62,988 nucleotides of DNA from Promethearchaeati archaeon (GTDB taxonomy: Archaea > Asgardarchaeota > Heimdallarchaeia > Heimdallarchaeales > Heimdallarchaeaceae): positions 1 to 62,988 of the forward strand of contig JABLTJ010000020.1 in NCBI GenBank assembly GCA_013166775.1, in the 5' to 3' direction. The notes under the pieces were generated by a model. It searched no databases. It was given only the letters and a program-made list of their open reading frames with translations, and was not told the DNA's origin. How positions within the stretch are numbered: the first letter of the stretch is position 1; each line of letters starts with the position of its first letter. A program made the translations under genes and the position numbers. Positions 59,032 through 62,988 of this stretch are shown here, in pieces.

Positions 59032-59415
59032 TTATTCTTCTTCTTTTTCCAGAACATCTGATTCTATTTTATTCATAATTTTCATGAGTAAATCACTAGA
59101 AATATCTTGAATGTTCAAAGAAACTAAGACTAATTTTTGAAGTTTTGTAGCTAATCTTTCACCTATTACTCTTACAAATTGCTCGTTCTTTGATCCAGTT
59201 ATATAAAGAGTAGAAGCTTGCATTATAGAAGTTCCAGGTACAGAGACACTAAAAGTACCAAAAATAGGAGATTCTTCATAGATGAATAGAGAAATAGCAT
59301 TTTCCAAAAATACTACAGTTATTCCATAGTTTTGATCATCGATTTCAATTTTTTCTGTAATGGTAATATCGCCCATAGTTTCTAGAAGTTTTGCTTTTCC
59401 TAAATAACTTTGCAT
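59032..59415 (-). CDS. Proteasome assembly chaperone 4 (PAC4/PSMG4)-like protein
   Basis: FGTFSVSVP...ST.YITG....VRVIGERLATKLQKLVLVSLN resembles PAC4 'LG.LAVA.P..ST.LLG..LA.RLA.K..KQVFVS.N'. Confidence 0.55.
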   Translation of the reverse strand: MQSYLGKAKLLETMGDITITEKIEIDDQNYGITVVFLENAISLFIYEESPIFGTFSVSVPGTSIMQASTLYITGSKNEQFVRVIGERLATKLQKLVLVSLNIQDISSDLLMKIMNKIESDVLEKEEE

Positions 59416-59420
59416 ATGAA

Positions 59421-60380
59421 TTAAACACAGAAACCTGTTTCTCCTATAGTATTATAGTTTTCATAGTAGGTTTTTAAGCAGTTTCTTTTTTCTTCATCAT
59501 CTTTGGCTTTTTTCAATTCAAATGCTAACAAGAGATTGCTTGCTAATATACACACAGTTGCAGGACCACTACCACCTGGAACTGGGCTGATATAACTTGC
59601 ATCAAGTTTTAAATCGTCATAATCTACATCACCAATTAGCTTACCGTCTTCAAAATTTATACCAACATCAACAACAACTGCACCCTCCTTAATCATTCTT
59701 TTTTTAATAAAATGAGGTTTTCCAACTGCTACAATAAGGATATCTGCATCACTTGTATGTTTCTCGAGAGACTTAGTTCTAGAATGACATATAGTAACTG
59801 TAGCATTTTCTTTAAGGAATAAATGTGCTACTGGTTTACCTACGATCATGCTTCTCCCGACAACCACAACATGTTTACCTTCTATTGGAATTTTGTAAAA
59901 TTTCAACAACGCTAAAACACCCAGAGCTGTAGCAGGTACAAGATTGGGTAAAGCTTTGGCCCAAGCGTAAACATTTCCAGGAGATAATCCTTCAACATCC
60001 TTACTCGGATTAATACTTTCTATGATAATATCTTCATCAATATGATCTGGAAGAGGCATCTGAACTAGTATTCCATCGATAGAATCATCCTTATTCTGTT
60101 TTTCAATAAAATTCAGAAATTCTTTCTCCTTTATATTTTCTGGAAGTCGAAAAACTTCAGATTCAACACATAGTTTTTCGAAAAATCTTTCCTTTAATTT
60201 TATATAGGATTCAGAAGCAGGGTTGCTACCTACAAGAATTGTAGATAATTTTGGTAGTTTCTTATAATGTTCTCTAAATATATCGCATCTAGGTTTTAGA
60301 ATTTTTTCCAGATACTCCTGAGCGAACAATCTTCCATCTAAGATTTTTGATTTCTCTTCACTTTGATTCATTCTCAACAC
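59421..60380 (-). CDS. folD: Methylenetetrahydrofolate dehydrogenase/cyclohydrolase
   Basis: GILVQMPLP, KDVEG, GRSMIVGKP, VDVGIN, PVPGGSGP. Confidence 0.95.
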   Translation of the reverse strand: MLRMNQSEEKSKILDGRLFAQEYLEKILKPRCDIFREHYKKLPKLSTILVGSNPASESYIKLKERFFEKLCVESEVFRLPENIKEKEFLNFIEKQNKDDSIDGILVQMPLPDHIDEDIIIESINPSKDVEGLSPGNVYAWAKALPNLVPATALGVLALLKFYKIPIEGKHVVVVGRSMIVGKPVAHLFLKENATVTICHSRTKSLEKHTSDADILIVAVGKPHFIKKRMIKEGAVVVDVGINFEDGKLIGDVDYDDLKLDASYISPVPGGSGPATVCILASNLLLAFELKKAKDDEEKRNCLKTYYENYNTIGETGFCV

Positions 60381-60509
60381 ATTCAGTTTTAACTCTGAAA
60401 AAACATGTTAATAAATTATAGTAATTTACATTTTTCTCTCCTCTAGCGAGAGGAGGAGTACTTTAAACTTTGAAAGAATGTTTATAAGAATACATTGTTA
60501 GACTAAATC

Positions 60510-61898
60510 ATGGAGAGAAAACTAAGAATTCTAATCGTTATCGGAATAATAATTGGGATTTTTGGTGCTTTAATTCCCCCACTGTATATATTTGTACTAA
60601 AACCTAGAAAGGACAATGATCTTGTTTTTCCTCTACTTCTGCTTGATAAAAGCACAATTTCAGATATGATCTTAGAGAATGACGATAAAGTTCATTTTAT
60701 CATATCAAGTTTCAATAATCAAAGCTATGGACCAACATATTTAGTCGTAAACTACAAAAACAAATCATATCCATATAGTCCTGTTTTTTCAAGTTCATGG
60801 ACAGGAAGTCATCATCAACTAAAAATAGAATTAGATGTTGAAAATAATCCCATTATTTATGATTTTGCAACTACTCCATTTTTTTATACTGAAGGAGAAC
60901 TACGTGTTCTTAAAAATGGAAACTGGAAAATTTACCCAGCTTTGGCTAATGTTCCATACATTTTTGGTTCATTAACGAGAGGTAAAGCATTGAATTGGGA
61001 GTTCTCAGCTTCTGGTAAAATAAATCTTGCTTACATATTTTCTGATACAAGTTCTACACCTGCAATTTATAATGAAACAGAAGAAGAATATTCTCTATTA
61101 AATGAAACTTTTTCTGAAATTCAAGGTTTTGAAAGTAGTTATCCAGGGGACTTCAAAATAATAGATTCCAATGTTGTTTTAGTATGGGAAAGAATCATAA
61201 ATGAAACTAATTATCATCCGTATTTAGCTATAAATTGGGTTGAAGAGGGATGGAGAATCTGTAAGCTAGGAAATGATACAGATAGCCTAATTGGACTTGC
61301 TATCATTCCACAGGATAGTATATTCAATATCTTTTATTATGATAATGGAATTATATCAGGTCAAAGTAGAATGTTCCTAGCCCAGGTTTCTAATTCAACA
61401 AATCTAACCACAAAACATATTCATCAGTTTGATGGAAGGGTTTACTTCTACCATGACTCTATACAAAAATTGTCATCAGATAACTATGTATTTCTCTATG
61501 CTAAGCGTACATATCAACCTTTCAGTCAAACAGATTTATTCATGGGACATTATGACGGAACTGTATTTAAAGAAATTCAACTAACTGATACATCGTCATA
61601 TATGGAGTATTGGGCGCATTGTGAACTTGGGGAAGAATATCTACATTATGCATGGACACAGAGTGAATATAAGGGAACTGATACGATTGATCCGGAAAAA
61701 AGTAAATTGTTCTACAATAGAACACTTCTATCAGAACTAGAAAATGTTACACAGTATGTTCTAAAGAAAGAAAATTCCATGCTTGAAAATGATGATTTAA
61801 ACAGAGGTACTTATTCAAGACATTTCATTTTAATTAATAAAGAACTAATACTAAATTCTCTGCTTTTTACAATATTGAGCAATATAAATCATTATTAA
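60510..61898 (+). CDS. Membrane-anchored extracellular beta-rich (propeller-like) protein
   Basis: N-terminal TM, repeated blade-like strands (VHFII, INLAYI, VVLVW, LHYAW), many N-x-S/T sequons. Confidence 0.65.
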   Translation: MERKLRILIVIGIIIGIFGALIPPLYIFVLKPRKDNDLVFPLLLLDKSTISDMILENDDKVHFIISSFNNQSYGPTYLVVNYKNKSYPYSPVFSSSWTGSHHQLKIELDVENNPIIYDFATTPFFYTEGELRVLKNGNWKIYPALANVPYIFGSLTRGKALNWEFSASGKINLAYIFSDTSSTPAIYNETEEEYSLLNETFSEIQGFESSYPGDFKIIDSNVVLVWERIINETNYHPYLAINWVEEGWRICKLGNDTDSLIGLAIIPQDSIFNIFYYDNGIISGQSRMFLAQVSNSTNLTTKHIHQFDGRVYFYHDSIQKLSSDNYVFLYAKRTYQPFSQTDLFMGHYDGTVFKEIQLTDTSSYMEYWAHCELGEEYLHYAWTQSEYKGTDTIDPEKSKLFYNRTLLSELENVTQYVLKKENSMLENDDLNRGTYSRHFILINKELILNSLLFTILSNINHY

Positions 61899-62221
61899 TA
61901 TCTGCAACTATTCGAAATTTCTATAATATTTAGTATATCACTATTGTTGAAAAATTAATTTGGTTTTTCATAAGAGAATGTCAATATACGGATACAGTAT
62001 CATTCAATTTACCTGAATCAATGTGTGTAATGAGAAATATTTTCGAACTGTTCGAGAAATACCAAGATGTGCAGAGAGTAGGTGAAAATACTGATGAATT
62101 GTTTGAGGGGATTCAAGAAAAGTATTTCAGCTTCTAACTGCAATTAGAATTGTGTTAAAAATCAAAAGGTTTTTATCAAATATGAAGGGCAACTCACTTT
62201 ATTTCTCATAATATATACTTG

Positions 62222-62988
62222 TTAGTAATTTATGATTTTTAAGATATTAAAAGCTAGATTACGTGTTTGTTCTACTAACATATCTAAAGCTTGAACATTC
62301 TCTGAAGTTGGAGGTTTACTTCTTTTGTTCTTTTTAATAGATAGCACATCGAAACCCATTTCATTTTTCGATAAATCTAAACGAAAAACTGAAATCCAGT
62401 TCTTTTTTATTCTTATTTTTTTCTTAATCTTGTGAAATCTATCTCCAAAGATTTTTAACATATCATCATCAATATGGTTCTTCTTTGAATATTGCACAAA
62501 AAACTCTTTTATTACTAATAAACCTCTTACAATTTCGAATAATAGAATTTCAGCTTTTTCAGTATCGTAATAATTTCTTTGAATTCTGATCACCTGATCT
62601 AGCCTATCTAAAGATTTCTGAATAGCTTGATAACACCACATATCATTCAGCTTAAATTCATTACTGAGGTTTTCTCCCAAAACAATCTTAGATTCTGTGA
62701 CAAAATGATGAAAAAAAGGAGCATAAACACTGTTATTAATATGTTTTATGTGCTGTTTTTCAATAATTTTTATATCAAGTTTTTCGGGAATAGTATCTAA
62801 TTTGAATAATTCTGATATTTCTTTAGATGTTTTTTCTCCACAACCATCTTGACATATAACCAGAATATCAATGTCACTTGAATTTCTAGCATCTTCTTTT
62901 GCTAATGACCCTCCTAACACAATTGATTTTATATATGAAATTGTACAATTTTTTTGAATTTTATCAATAAAAACTTCTTTTAATTCAT
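62222..62988 (-). CDS. Nucleotidyltransferase (Pol-beta/MNT) domain protein, 5'-partial
   Basis: LGGSLAK......SDIDILVI; the frame stays open to the window edge. Confidence 0.75.
   Translation of the reverse strand, partial: ELKEVFIDKIQKNCTISYIKSIVLGGSLAKEDARNSSDIDILVICQDGCGEKTSKEISELFKLDTIPEKLDIKIIEKQHIKHINNSVYAPFFHHFVTESKIVLGENLSNEFKLNDMWCYQAIQKSLDRLDQVIRIQRNYYDTEKAEILLFEIVRGLLVIKEFFVQYSKKNHIDDDMLKIFGDRFHKIKKKIRIKKNWISVFRLDLSKNEMGFDVLSIKKNKRSKPPTSENVQALDMLVEQTRNLAFNILKIINY

Noticed and set aside
62021-62137. 38-aa ORF MCVMRNIFELFEKY...
   Set aside because: Too short, no motif; may be a gene fragment
1-62988. CRISPR array, rRNA, intact transposase or integrase, Sec/Pyl readthrough
   Set aside because: No repeat-spacer periodicity, rRNA-like segment or intact recombinase seen; recognised genes look full length without needing stop readthrough (checked by eye only)

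Overview
AT-rich (roughly 30% GC by eye) archaeal chromosomal segment, most consistent with an Asgard archaeon (probably Heimdallarchaeia). Evidence: unsplit Rpo2, archaeal NusA/L30e/uL16/uS7/Nob1/FAU-1, tRNAs with bulge-helix-bulge (BHB) introns, a Rab-like GTPase and a PAC4-like protein. Most of the window is housekeeping: about 50 CDS and 4 tRNAs (Ser-CGA, Asp-GTC with intron, Met-CAT with intron, Leu-CAG), all with genome-encoded CCA. Standouts: (1) two tandem receptor-like paralogs (signal/TM, SlyD/FKBP-like ectodomain, TM, cytoplasmic 8-Cys FYVE-like zinc finger) beside a Rab-like GTPase; (2) an SDR-SDR-gcvPA-gcvPB-AcoX/NAD-kinase-like operon whose P-protein has remodelled substrate-binding motifs and no H/T/L genes nearby; (3) a decayed ~2 kb element at the tRNA-Met 3' end with an att-like duplicate and a TnpB remnant plus an omegaRNA-like tail; (4) a non-initiator tRNA(CAT) with a eukaryote-initiator-type AUCGAAA T-loop; (5) a secreted C2-like protein with two FtsX-like permeases and an ABC ATPase; (6) a broken-up RNAP/ribosomal superoperon and several apparently degenerate enzymes. 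All family calls come from motif recognition by eye; no database searches were run.
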